DNA of 64,000 nucleotides from a plasmid: sequence record NZ_CP072388.1; one strand, given 5' to 3'. Positions 55,875 to 64,000 of the stretch are shown piece by piece; position 1 is the first letter of the stretch; each line of letters starts with the position of its first letter. The notes under the pieces are model-generated. The model did no database searches, was not told the DNA's origin, and saw only the letters and a program-made list of their open reading frames with translations. Both the position numbers and the translations under genes were made by a program.

Positions 55875-56476
55875 GCACGATCGCGGCCGCGGCCGGGCTG
55901 TTCGTCGCGACCAACATCGACGACATCGTGGTCCTGACCGTCCTGTTCGCCGTCGCCGCACGCGGGACCTCACGACTGCGCGGCTGGCAGATAGTCGCCG
56001 GGCAGTACCTCGGGCTCATCACCCTGATCGCGGTCAGCTTCCTCGCCGCCCTCGGCCTGACGATCGTCCCGGACGAGTGGGTGGGCCTGCTCGGCCTGAT
56101 CCCGCTCGCGATCGGCGTCCTGGCACTGGTGCGCACCCTGCGCGGCAAGGACGACGACGAGGCAGAGTCCGCGCTCAAGGCCGTCGGGCTCCTCGGCGTC
56201 GCCGGCATCACGATCGCCAACGGCGGCGACAACATCGCGATCTACACCCCGGTGTTCCGCACCATCTCGACCACCGACACCCTAGTCACGATCACCGTGT
56301 TCCTCGTGCTCCTCGCCCTCTGGTGCCTGCTCGCACGCGCGATCGGCACCAACGAGAAGGTCACCGAAGCGCTCGAGAAGGTCGAGCACTGGCTCGTGCC
56401 CGTCGTGTTCATCGGCCTCGGCATCTTCATCCTGATCGAGTCCGGCACCCTCGCCCACATTGCCAGCCTGACATGA
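55868..56476 (+). CDS. cadD: CadD-family cadmium resistance transporter
   Basis: About 200 aa, five TM helices, typical CadD size and hydropathy. Overlaps the arsR stop. Confidence 0.75.
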   Translation: MLSTIAAAAGLFVATNIDDIVVLTVLFAVAARGTSRLRGWQIVAGQYLGLITLIAVSFLAALGLTIVPDEWVGLLGLIPLAIGVLALVRTLRGKDDDEAESALKAVGLLGVAGITIANGGDNIAIYTPVFRTISTTDTLVTITVFLVLLALWCLLARAIGTNEKVTEALEKVEHWLVPVVFIGLGIFILIESGTLAHIASLT

Positions 56477-57132
56477 CCACTCAGCCTCGCCGTCGCCGCG
56501 CTGCCGCCGTGTCCGCGTGGGTGGAACAGGGAACCACCGAGACGCCACGCACCCTCGTGGATTCCCCGGCGCAACTGCGGCGGTTCCTGCTCGCATTCGC
56601 CGTCGCAGCCAGCGCCGTGCTGATCGACCAGGGGACCAAAACCCTCGCCCTCACATACCTCAGCGAGCACGAGCGCATCCCGCTGCTTGGCGACGCGCTC
56701 GGCCTTCAGCTCGCGTTCAACCCCGGCACTGTCATGTCATTCGGAGCCGACGCAACCTGGGTGCTTACCGTCGTCGCCACCGCCGCATCCGTCGCTCTAC
56801 TCGTCGCTGCAAGCCGTGCCCACACGGTCGGATGGGCGGTAGCGATCGGACTCCTGTGGGGAGGCGCGGTCGGAAATCTGCTGGACCGCCTCCTGGCCCC
56901 GCCCGGCTTTGGGCGAGGCCATGTCACCGACTTCCTCGCCTACGGGAACCTCTTCATCGGCAACCTCGCTGACGTCGTCCTCGGCGCCGGGGTTGCCCTG
57001 AGCCTCCTACTCTCCCTTTCAAACCGTCAGGTCCCGCGTTCGTCCTCCCAGCGCGAGACCGCCGCCGGTCGGTGGACTGGCGACGCGCACGGCGTCGCGG
57101 CAAGTGAGCGAGGGCAGGCACATGAAGGTTGA
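56473..57132 (+). CDS. lspA: lipoprotein signal peptidase II
   Basis: FNPG, GNLLDRL and DF(L)AYGN motifs. Confidence 0.75.
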   Translation: MTTQPRRRRAAAVSAWVEQGTTETPRTLVDSPAQLRRFLLAFAVAASAVLIDQGTKTLALTYLSEHERIPLLGDALGLQLAFNPGTVMSFGADATWVLTVVATAASVALLVAASRAHTVGWAVAIGLLWGGAVGNLLDRLLAPPGFGRGHVTDFLAYGNLFIGNLADVVLGAGVALSLLLSLSNRQVPRSSSQRETAAGRWTGDAHGVAASERGQAHEG

Positions 57133-57433
57133 GCTCCTAGTCATCGACGAGTGCCCGAACGAAGTTCCCGCCCTGGAAGCACTGCGCCGGGTCCTGGACA
57201 AGACCGGGATCGACGCGGCGATCGCCACCGTGGTCATCACCGACGACGACCAGGCCCAGGCCCATGGCTTCCACGGATCGCCCTCGTTCCACGTCGACGG
57301 ACGCGACCTGTTCCCTGTGCCCACGGTGCGCCCTGGCGTTGCGTGCCGCGTCTACCCCACGACAGCGGGACTGCGCGGCGTGCCCGACGACCACTCTCTG
57401 ACCGCCGCCCTCATGGACCGCGTCGGGCGCTGA
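57122..57433 (+). CDS. thioredoxin-like-fold protein (DUF2703-like, seen in actinobacterial metal-resistance operons)
   Basis: MKVELLVIDECPN...HGFHGSPSFHVDG. Internal start of ORF 57104..57433. Confidence 0.4.
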   Translation: MKVELLVIDECPNEVPALEALRRVLDKTGIDAAIATVVITDDDQAQAHGFHGSPSFHVDGRDLFPVPTVRPGVACRVYPTTAGLRGVPDDHSLTAALMDRVGR

Positions 57434-57457
57434 CCCGCGCTCGTCCACCGCCGCGAC

Positions 57458-57976
57458 CTACGGCGCCGGCCCCCGCGCCTGTGCCGGGCGACGCGGTCGG
57501 TGCCGGTGGACCGCCCAGCCCGTGAGCGGTGCCCCGACCACCGTCGGCAGGACCCAGAACGACCAGTCCGGCAGCCGTTCCCAGATCGGCAGGTGCGGGC
57601 CGTTGTCGACGTAGAACGCGGTCAGCATCGCGATGTACGCCAGACCCATCCACGCGATGTGCGCCCCGTCGCTCTCACCGCGGCGCCGGTTGCGCCACCC
57701 GAGGAGCACGGCGGCCAACGCGATCCCCCCGAGCGCGGCCAGGTGGACGGTTGCCGGCCAACGGATCACCACCATGACGACCATCGACCCGAAGAGAGCG
57801 GCGATCCCACCGAGGAACACGCGACCAGCCCCGACGTGCCACCGACCGCCCTTGCGCGCGAGCATCGCGACCAGCCCCGCGAGCACCGCCGTGACGCCCG
57901 CGGCGATGTGCACCAGCAGAGCGAGGTCGAACACCGGACCCGCGTCCGGCTCCGGCAACCCCGGGATGTCGATCAT
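57458..57976 (-). CDS. membrane protein (four TM helices), hypothetical
   Basis: Hydrophobic 172-aa ORF. Confidence 0.45.
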   Translation of the reverse strand: MIDIPGLPEPDAGPVFDLALLVHIAAGVTAVLAGLVAMLARKGGRWHVGAGRVFLGGIAALFGSMVVMVVIRWPATVHLAALGGIALAAVLLGWRNRRRGESDGAHIAWMGLAYIAMLTAFYVDNGPHLPIWERLPDWSFWVLPTVVGAPLTGWAVHRHRPRRPAQARGPAP

Positions 57977-58286
57977 GGTCGCCTCCGACGCCCGAGCATC
58001 CGATCTCAGCGTCTCACCGACCGGCCCGCCGCACCCCCGCCGCTTCTCGCACGAACTTGGCGACTTCCTACAAGGTTGTCAGACACCGCAAAACTGACCG
58101 TTTTCCGTACGGCGCGGACGCCGTCGCGACACGCCGATAGAACTGTGGCTTTCGCCTCTATATGGCGGTGTTCTGGTGGCACTCTGTGGCGGCCGCGTCG
58201 GGTGGTGATGACGATGATGACGGTGCGCTATGACGTTGTTGGTGATGGTGCGAAACTGGTCTACAAGACTGGTTTCGGCCCGGAGA

Positions 58287-60251
58287 TTAGACAGATACCG
58301 AGGTTCGGGCGCGTCGGGTCTCGCCGCGGCCGGGGCGGAGCATGCGCAGGCCGTTGAGGATGATCAGCGCCGCGCTGCCCTCGTTGAGGAGCAGGCCGGT
58401 GGTCAGGGACATCCAGCCGGCGAGGGCGGCGACGATCAGGACGGCCACGACGGTCAGGCTCAGGACGATGTTGATCTTGATGTTGTTCCGAGCGCGGCGC
58501 GAGAGTCGGATGGCGGCCGGGAGCCGGTCGAGCTCGTCGGCCATGAGGGCGACATCGGCGGTCTCTAGGGCGACGTCGGTGCTGGCGGCACCCATGGCGA
58601 TGGCGAGGTCGGCGTTGGCCAGGGCGGGGGCGTCGTTGACGCCGTCGCCGACCATCGCGATCACGCCGTGTTTCTCGCGCAGCTCACGGATTGCGGCGGA
58701 TTTGTCCTCGGGGAGCAACTCGGCGCGGTAGTCGTCTAGCCCCAGGGCCTGCGCGGTGGATCTGGCGACGGTGGCGTTGTCGCCGGTGAGCATCAGGACC
58801 CGCTCGACTCCGAGGTCGCGCAGCTCGGTAAGGGTGCTTTCGGCGTCGGGGCGCAGCTGGTCGGCCACCGCCACGACGGCCAAGGGTCGGGTGTCGTCGC
58901 GAAGAACCACGGCCGTGCATCCTTCCGCCTCGGCGTGCGCCAGCGCCGGGCCTGCGGTGCCGTCAGTCCGGTCCTCGTCGGTGGGCCGGCCGATGTGCAG
59001 GGTGCGACCGTCGAGGGTGGCTTCCATGCCGGCTCCTGGCAGGGCGCGTGCATCCTGGACGGCCGGGATGGTCAACCCGCGGTCGCGGGCACCGGCCACG
59101 ATCGCGGTCGCGATGGGGTGCTCGCTACCGGTCTCGACCGCCGCCGCAAGGGTCAGAGCCTCGTCCTCGCTGATCCCGTCGAGGGGCGTCACTTGAGCGA
59201 GAGTGGGCCGGCCGCGGGTGAGCGTCCCGGTCTTGTCGAAGGCGACGACCTTGATGTCCGCGAGGCGCTCGAGGTAGATCCCGCCCTTGATCAGGATGCC
59301 GTCCTTGGCGCCGCGGGCGATGGCGGTGACCACGCTGACGGGCACGGAGATGACCAGGGCGCACGAGCACGAGACCACGAGGATGACCAGCGCCCGGTAG
59401 ATCGCTTCGCGCCACTCGAAGCCGAGCAGCGGCATGACCAGGGCTACGACGATGGCCAGGGCGAACATCGCCGGGGTGTAGATGGCACTGAACTTGTCCG
59501 CGAACCGCTCGGCGCCGCTGCGGTTGGCCTGTGCCTCTTCGACCTGCCCGATCACCCGGGCCAGGACGGTGTCGTAATACTCCTTGGTGACCTTCACCCG
59601 GAGCACCCCGTTGCCGTTCAGGCTGCCGCCGAAGACCTCGGTGCCCGCGGCGGCCTCGACCGGTACCGACTCCCCGGTCACCGGGCTGGCGTCCACCCAC
59701 GAGGCACCGTCAACCACAATCCCGTCGGTGGGCAGACGCTCACCGGGGCGCACCATGACGACGTCACCGGGGTGGAGCTCCTCCACCGCCACGGTCTGCG
59801 TCTGGTCACCGGGCAGGAGGCGGGTGGCGGTCGGGGGCGTGAGCTCCATCAGGGCGCTGATGGACCCTCGGGCCTTGTCGGTGGCGTATGCCTCCATGGC
59901 CTCAACGAGGCTGAAGATGACGACGAGCGCTGCCGCCTCCTCGATCACCCCGAGCGCGATGGCGCCGATAGCCGCCACCACGAGCAGCACGGTGATGGTC
60001 AGCCGTTTGTGGCGCACCGCCCGGATCGCGCTGCGCAATGGGTAGACGCCGCCGATGAGGATCGCGCCCCAGAATAGGGCCAGGGCCACCGGCTCGGAGT
60101 GGATGGTCCACTCCACCACCAGCCCGGCCACCAGCAGCACCGCGGCGACGGCCAGGGTGACCATCTCGGGGTTCTGCCACCACCGGCGCCGGGCCGCCCG
60201 CACCACGACCGGAGCTGCTACCTGTGGCGACGTCGTCGCTCTAGCACTCAT
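58287..60251 (-). CDS. P1B-type heavy-metal ATPase with atypical CSC transmembrane motif, no N-terminal HMA domain
   Basis: DKTGTLT, GDGVNDAPAL. TM6 reads VVSCSCALVISVP (tcg codon where CPC/SPC enzymes have Pro/Cys). Verified by reverse-complementing 59341-59400. Confidence 0.8.
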   Translation of the reverse strand: MSARATTSPQVAAPVVVRAARRRWWQNPEMVTLAVAAVLLVAGLVVEWTIHSEPVALALFWGAILIGGVYPLRSAIRAVRHKRLTITVLLVVAAIGAIALGVIEEAAALVVIFSLVEAMEAYATDKARGSISALMELTPPTATRLLPGDQTQTVAVEELHPGDVVMVRPGERLPTDGIVVDGASWVDASPVTGESVPVEAAAGTEVFGGSLNGNGVLRVKVTKEYYDTVLARVIGQVEEAQANRSGAERFADKFSAIYTPAMFALAIVVALVMPLLGFEWREAIYRALVILVVSCSCALVISVPVSVVTAIARGAKDGILIKGGIYLERLADIKVVAFDKTGTLTRGRPTLAQVTPLDGISEDEALTLAAAVETGSEHPIATAIVAGARDRGLTIPAVQDARALPGAGMEATLDGRTLHIGRPTDEDRTDGTAGPALAHAEAEGCTAVVLRDDTRPLAVVAVADQLRPDAESTLTELRDLGVERVLMLTGDNATVARSTAQALGLDDYRAELLPEDKSAAIRELREKHGVIAMVGDGVNDAPALANADLAIAMGAASTDVALETADVALMADELDRLPAAIRLSRRARNNIKINIVLSLTVVAVLIVAALAGWMSLTTGLLLNEGSAALIILNGLRMLRPGRGETRRARTSVSV

Positions 60252-60300
60252 CTTGTTCTTACCTTCTCTTCATCGGTTTGCTGGGTGCAGTGGTGGAGCG

Positions 60301-60546
60301 TCAGACGCGTACCGGGCGGGCGGGGCCGGCAGGGGCGAGCGGCAGCCCGACCTTCTGGGCCGCCTGGACCACGGCGTCATCGCTCACGGTGCCGTCGTGG
60401 GTCACGAGGACCAGACCGGAGGCCAGGGCGTCCACCTCTTTGACCCCGGGCAGGGCCTCGAGGGTCGCAAGGTCCCCGGAGCAGGACACGCAACCGCCCT
60501 CGATGGCGCGGTACTTCGAACGGAAGAACTGGGCGGGAACGGTCAT
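60301..60546 (-). CDS. HMA-domain metallochaperone (CopZ-like)
   Basis: MxCxxC motif GGCVSCSGD. Internal ATG at 60546 with RBS aggag. Lies downstream of the CSC ATPase. Confidence 0.6.
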   Translation of the reverse strand: MTVPAQFFRSKYRAIEGGCVSCSGDLATLEALPGVKEVDALASGLVLVTHDGTVSDDAVVQAAQKVGLPLAPAGPARPVRV

Positions 60547-60645
60547 CGGTACATCTCCTGGTCGGGAAGCCTCCAGACTTCGACTGTCATCGAAGTCTTC
60601 AGCGACAATATTGCCACAGACTTCGATACATGTCAACATGTACGC

Positions 60646-61020
60646 ATGTCGATGTCCTTGCTGCCCACCCGGAACGCGGCCCTGAGGTACTGCACGCCGC
60701 TAGCGCGCGAGCCGATCAGCCCCGAGCAGGCCGAGGGCGTCTCCCGCATGCTCAAGGCGCTCGCCGACCCGGTTCGGCTGAGGCTGATGTCGATGATCCT
60801 GTCCCACGAGGGCGGCGAGGCGTGCGCGATGTGCGACCTGACCGAGGGCTTCGACCTGGCCCCGTCGACCCTCAGCCACCACCTGAAGGTTTTGCACGAC
60901 GCAGGCCTGGTCGACCGGGATAAGCGCGGCGTGTGGGTCTACTACAAGGCCCGCTCGGAAGCAATGGGCGCCCTGCGCACCCTGTTCAGCGGCGACCTCG
61001 CTGCTCCTCAGTCGGCGTGA
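60646..61020 (+). CDS. ArsR/SmtB-family metalloregulator
   Basis: HTH LADPVRLRLMSMILSHEGGEACAMCDLTEG. Divergent from the copZ-ATPase operon. Confidence 0.75.
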   Translation: MSMSLLPTRNAALRYCTPLAREPISPEQAEGVSRMLKALADPVRLRLMSMILSHEGGEACAMCDLTEGFDLAPSTLSHHLKVLHDAGLVDRDKRGVWVYYKARSEAMGALRTLFSGDLAAPQSA

Positions 61021-61211
61021 CCGGACCTAACGCGCAGCCCCCGCCTTGATACGTGGAGCCACCGACCGTGCTCCTCGCCCTTGTTCATACTGGCGCGATG
61101 GCCGCGGTCAGTCTCACCGGAACCCTGCTCGGGCTGGTTCTGGTTGGCAATTGATCGGCCCCACCCGCGACATTCACGGCTTGCCTGGTTGGGTCCAGGC
61201 CCGCAAGGCGA

Positions 61212-61745
61212 TTAGTTCAGAAGGGAAGCCGTAATCGCCCCGGCGGTGATAGCCCCAGCAAGGAGCAGCAGTGGGTGTACCCGGCGGGCGGCAAGCCCTA
61301 CGAACAAGGAACCGACAAGAAGGCCCGGGTTGATGTCGGCGACAGGGCGGGCGAGTGACGTCAGCGTGACGACGAGCAGACCGATCGCGCCCGCACCCGC
61401 ATAGCGCCCGAAGGCAGGCAGCCACCACGTCTGCGACAACCGATTCACTGCGCTGGCAGCACCGATCGCCGCGAGCACCGGGAGAGCGAACACGGCAGCG
61501 GTGGCGACCGCCGCACCGCCCACCCCAGCGGTCACGTATCCGACGAAGGCAGCGATGATCAGCACCGGACCGGGAGTTGCGTAGGAAAGCCCGACCGCTG
61601 TCGCGAACTCACCCGGGCTCAGCCAACCGTGCACCCCGACCGTGAGCCGCTCCACCAGTGGCAGCGCAGCCTGGCCACCGCCGAAGGCCAGCGCACCGAT
61701 CAGAAGGAACGTGGCGACCAGGTCAACCACGGTGGCCGCCCCGGT
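61212..61745 (-). CDS. chrA: chromate transporter, short-chain ChrA half (start uncertain, overlaps upstream half)
   Basis: ChrA-family hydropathy and motif LIGALAFGGGQA. Confidence 0.65.
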   Translation of the reverse strand, partial: TGAATVVDLVATFLLIGALAFGGGQAALPLVERLTVGVHGWLSPGEFATAVGLSYATPGPVLIIAAFVGYVTAGVGGAAVATAAVFALPVLAAIGAASAVNRLSQTWWLPAFGRYAGAGAIGLLVVTLTSLARPVADINPGLLVGSLFVGLAARRVHPLLLLAGAITAGAITASLLN

Positions 61746-62304
61746 ATCGGCGCACCCGGTCGACGATGACCCCGACCAGCCCGGCAAGCACCACGACGAT
61801 GGCAGGGTTGACGAAGAACCCCCCGGCGGCCGCCGCCACCGCGACCGCGGCGAGGGCGAGCGTGCGCGCCTCTTTGGTCAACAACCCAACCATCGAATGC
61901 CCGAGCAGACCGACAACGGCGACCTGCATACCCAGCAGCGCTCCGTCGACCCAAGCCGCGTCAGGCAGTGCCGCGGCGCCGGCCGCTGCGAGCGTCATCA
62001 GAACTGCGGCAGGCAGGAGGAACCCGAAGGTAGCGACTAGTGCCCCCATCACCCCACCGAGCCGCCAGCCAAGGAAGGTGACAATCTGCACGACAGTGGA
62101 GCCGGGAAGCGCCTTGGTGTAGGTGAGTGCGTCCCGCACATCGGTCGACGTCAACCACCCCCGTCTAGCGACCAATGAGCGATCGAGCAAGGCCAGCGTC
62201 GGGCCAAGCCCGCCGAACGCGACGGCACCAAGGCGCAACATCGCCCACCACAGAGTCAACATTGGTACGCGGGAACGATGGGTAGTTGCGTCTGTGCCGC
62301 TCAC
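61723..62304 (-). CDS. chrA: chromate transporter, short-chain ChrA half
   Basis: LRLGAVAFGGLGP motif. Paired with the gene above, as in short-chain ChrA pairs. Confidence 0.65.
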   Translation of the reverse strand: MSGTDATTHRSRVPMLTLWWAMLRLGAVAFGGLGPTLALLDRSLVARRGWLTSTDVRDALTYTKALPGSTVVQIVTFLGWRLGGVMGALVATFGFLLPAAVLMTLAAAGAAALPDAAWVDGALLGMQVAVVGLLGHSMVGLLTKEARTLALAAVAVAAAAGGFFVNPAIVVVLAGLVGVIVDRVRRYRGGHRG

Positions 62305-62437
62305 ATCCCTGCACTCCCTACCTGCGGTCGACGGTTCTTACCTGCGACCGGATGGTCAAAGCTGTGACTTTCGCCGGTGTAGGGCGGGCTGAGTGGCGGG
62401 CACGGTCAGGTGACGCCGATGACCAGGAGCGCCCTTC

Positions 62438-63052
62438 CTAGGTCTCGAGCAGGGCCAACGCATCCATCGGTGCAGCGAGCCGCGCGTCGGCGGGTTCCTC
62501 CGCCCGGTACAGGTGGCCCCAGGTCGCCGCTGCGCCGCGTGCGCCGGCGGATCGGGCTGTCCGCAAGTCGGTCGGCGCGTCACCGATGTACACGATGTCG
62601 GCTACATCAACTCCTAGCCGGGACGCTGCGGCCAGGATGCCGTCCGGGGCGGGCTTCGGCCACGCCACGTGGTCCCCACCGATGAGGATGTCGTACTCGA
62701 TGCTGGCCGAGGCGAGCAGCATGCGCGCCGCACGGCTGCTGGCGACCGTGAAGATGACCGTCCGCAGATCCCGCGCACGCAGCGCCGCGAGGGTCTCGAG
62801 CACACCGGCATAGGCCGTAACGGTGCTGGCGTGCAGTCGGTCGTAGTAAGCGTCGACCTCGCCGTTCTTGAGTGGCCGACCGACTAGGTGCTCGAGCATC
62901 ACCTCCGGCACGCCGAGGGAGTAGGCCGCAACGACCTTTTCCCGGTCGACGTCGGCAACCCCCAGCTCTTGCACCGTCGCGACGAACGCGTCAGGCACCA
63001 CCGACGTGGTGTCGAGCAGTGTGCCGTCCATGTCCCAGACCAGGTGCGTCAT
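62438..63052 (-). CDS. HAD-superfamily hydrolase (phosphatase-like)
   Basis: Motif I DMDGTLLD. Internal ATG at 63052. Confidence 0.7.
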   Translation of the reverse strand: MTHLVWDMDGTLLDTTSVVPDAFVATVQELGVADVDREKVVAAYSLGVPEVMLEHLVGRPLKNGEVDAYYDRLHASTVTAYAGVLETLAALRARDLRTVIFTVASSRAARMLLASASIEYDILIGGDHVAWPKPAPDGILAAASRLGVDVADIVYIGDAPTDLRTARSAGARGAAATWGHLYRAEEPADARLAAPMDALALLET

Positions 63053-63362
63053 GCGAAGCAGCCTAGGTCCGGTTCTGACGACCATGACGGACGGAAGAGC
63101 GATTCACTCGGGGGGCGTCCGGCCCGACTCGCCGAGCGACGGGGCGCGCGCCTTCAAACCCGCGATCGGCAGCGCTCCGCGTTCCAAGGAGCCGCGGTAG
63201 AGGTCCAGGACGTGGGCCCCAGGGCCCGGTCGCGGCGCGTTAGCGGCGTATCTCAAACGAACGATTCCGCTACACGCGCCGGAGGGCCGGGCGGCGCGCG
63301 TCGTCGACGAGGCGCCTGATGTAGCGGAACTGCGTGCCGAAAACTACGGCGCGATACTTCCC

Positions 63363-63992
63363 GTGTCGGACGGGTTTCGCTACGGTCGACGCGTGGGGCA
63401 TCTCCTGGGGTACGCGCGCGTGTCGACAACCGATCAGGACGCGTCGCTGCAGGTCGATGCGCTGACCAAGGCCGGGTGCTACCGGGTGTTCGTCGACACC
63501 GGCTCCGGGTCGCTGCAGCACCGGCCGGAGCTGGACAAGCTGCTGGACCAGCTGCGCCCGGGGGACACCCTGGTGGTGTGGCGGCTGGACCGGCTCGGCC
63601 GGTCGATCCGCCACCTGATCGACCAGCTGCAGGTCCTGGCCGACCGCGGCGTGGGGTTCCGGTCGTTGCAGGAGACCATCGACACCACCTCCCCAGGCGG
63701 ACGGTTGGTGTTTCACGTCTTCGCGGCACTGGCCGAGTTCGAGCGCGACCTGATCCGAGAGCGCACCAACGCCGGCCTGGCGGCCGCTCGTGCTCGGGGC
63801 CGCAGCGGTGGGCGGCCGTCGGCGTTGTCCGCGGACCAGGTCCGGGCGGCCCGACGGATGTATGAGCAGAAGGACATGACCGTCGCCCAGATCGGGCAGG
63901 TGCTCGGCGTCTCCCGCACCACCATCTACCGGGCCCTGAACCGCGCGCCCGCCGCAGCGGCCCCGTCACGACGAGCCACGAGCGCCGTGTAG
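63363..63992 (+). CDS. serine recombinase (resolvase/invertase family) with C-terminal HTH
   Basis: GYARVSTTDQD catalytic-Ser motif. C-terminal VAQIGQVLGVSRTTIYRAL. Confidence 0.8.
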   Translation: MSDGFRYGRRVGHLLGYARVSTTDQDASLQVDALTKAGCYRVFVDTGSGSLQHRPELDKLLDQLRPGDTLVVWRLDRLGRSIRHLIDQLQVLADRGVGFRSLQETIDTTSPGGRLVFHVFAALAEFERDLIRERTNAGLAAARARGRSGGRPSALSADQVRAARRMYEQKDMTVAQIGQVLGVSRTTIYRALNRAPAAAAPSRRATSAV

Positions 63993-64000
63993 GCCGGCCG

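Larger units (their letters stand above)
1..64000. mobile_element. Segment of a conjugative plasmid or ICE of a high-GC actinobacterium (T4SS-like transfer genes, relaxase/MobC, Rep, ParA/ParG, resistance cargo, serine recombinase)
   Basis: The window holds conjugation, replication, partition and mobilisation genes together. No integrase-tRNA junction or housekeeping genes are visible. Confidence 0.6.

Noticed and set aside
1-64000. CRISPR arrays, tRNA/rRNA genes, tyrosine integrase and att sites
   Set aside because: No regularly spaced direct repeats with unique spacers, no tRNA-like cloverleaf candidates noticed, and no tyrosine-recombinase motifs (R..HxxR..Y). The only recombinase is the serine recombinase at the right edge.

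Overview
This window is high-GC (about 70%) actinobacterial DNA that reads as one large conjugative element, either a plasmid or an ICE backbone. I found no rRNA, tRNA or CRISPR. The modules run in this order.

(1) 2.1-11.4 kb, minus strand. A type-IV-secretion-like conjugation operon with translationally coupled genes: a VirD4/TraG-type coupling protein, a VirB4-like ATPase, a polytopic VirB6/TrbL-like membrane protein, a DUF4913-like protein and small membrane proteins.

(2) 11.5-15.9 kb. A lipoprotein, a bifunctional cell-wall hydrolase with an M15 peptidase domain, a membrane-anchored repeat protein and a ParA/MinD-like ATPase.

(3) 16-21 kb. An HTH regulator, a Prim-Pol type replication protein, a ParA plus RHH partner partition pair, and a striking array of CATG-centred palindromic iterons.

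(4) 23.5-32.7 kb. A 'leading-region-like' block in which a ~300-bp non-coding leader is repeated three times, each copy directly upstream of a gene (DUF4192-like, ParB-nuclease-like, small hypothetical). Two of the genes are followed by a second conserved ~130-bp hairpin repeat. A secreted S1 protease and lipoprotein pair sits between cassettes.

(5) 33.8-40.3 kb. An Xis-like HTH, a DUF2637-like membrane protein, an NrdH redoxin, a TOPRIM (DnaG-like) primase, a VbhA/Fic toxin-antitoxin pair, a MobC homologue and a relaxase, with an oriT-like hairpin upstream of mobC.

(6) 40.4-42.3 kb. A lower-GC two-gene module of unknown function.

(7) 44-62 kb. Heavy-metal and redox cargo: ArsR-family regulators, a CDF transporter, two P1B-type ATPases (motifs SPC and an unusual CSC), CadD, MntH, a ChrA pair, CopZ, LspA and cytochrome-c-biogenesis/thiol-disulfide genes (CcsA, DsbA, CcdA, a CtaG/CopD-like protein and a flavoprotein).

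(8) A serine recombinase at the right edge.

All functional calls rest on motifs read directly from the six-frame translation; I ran no database search.
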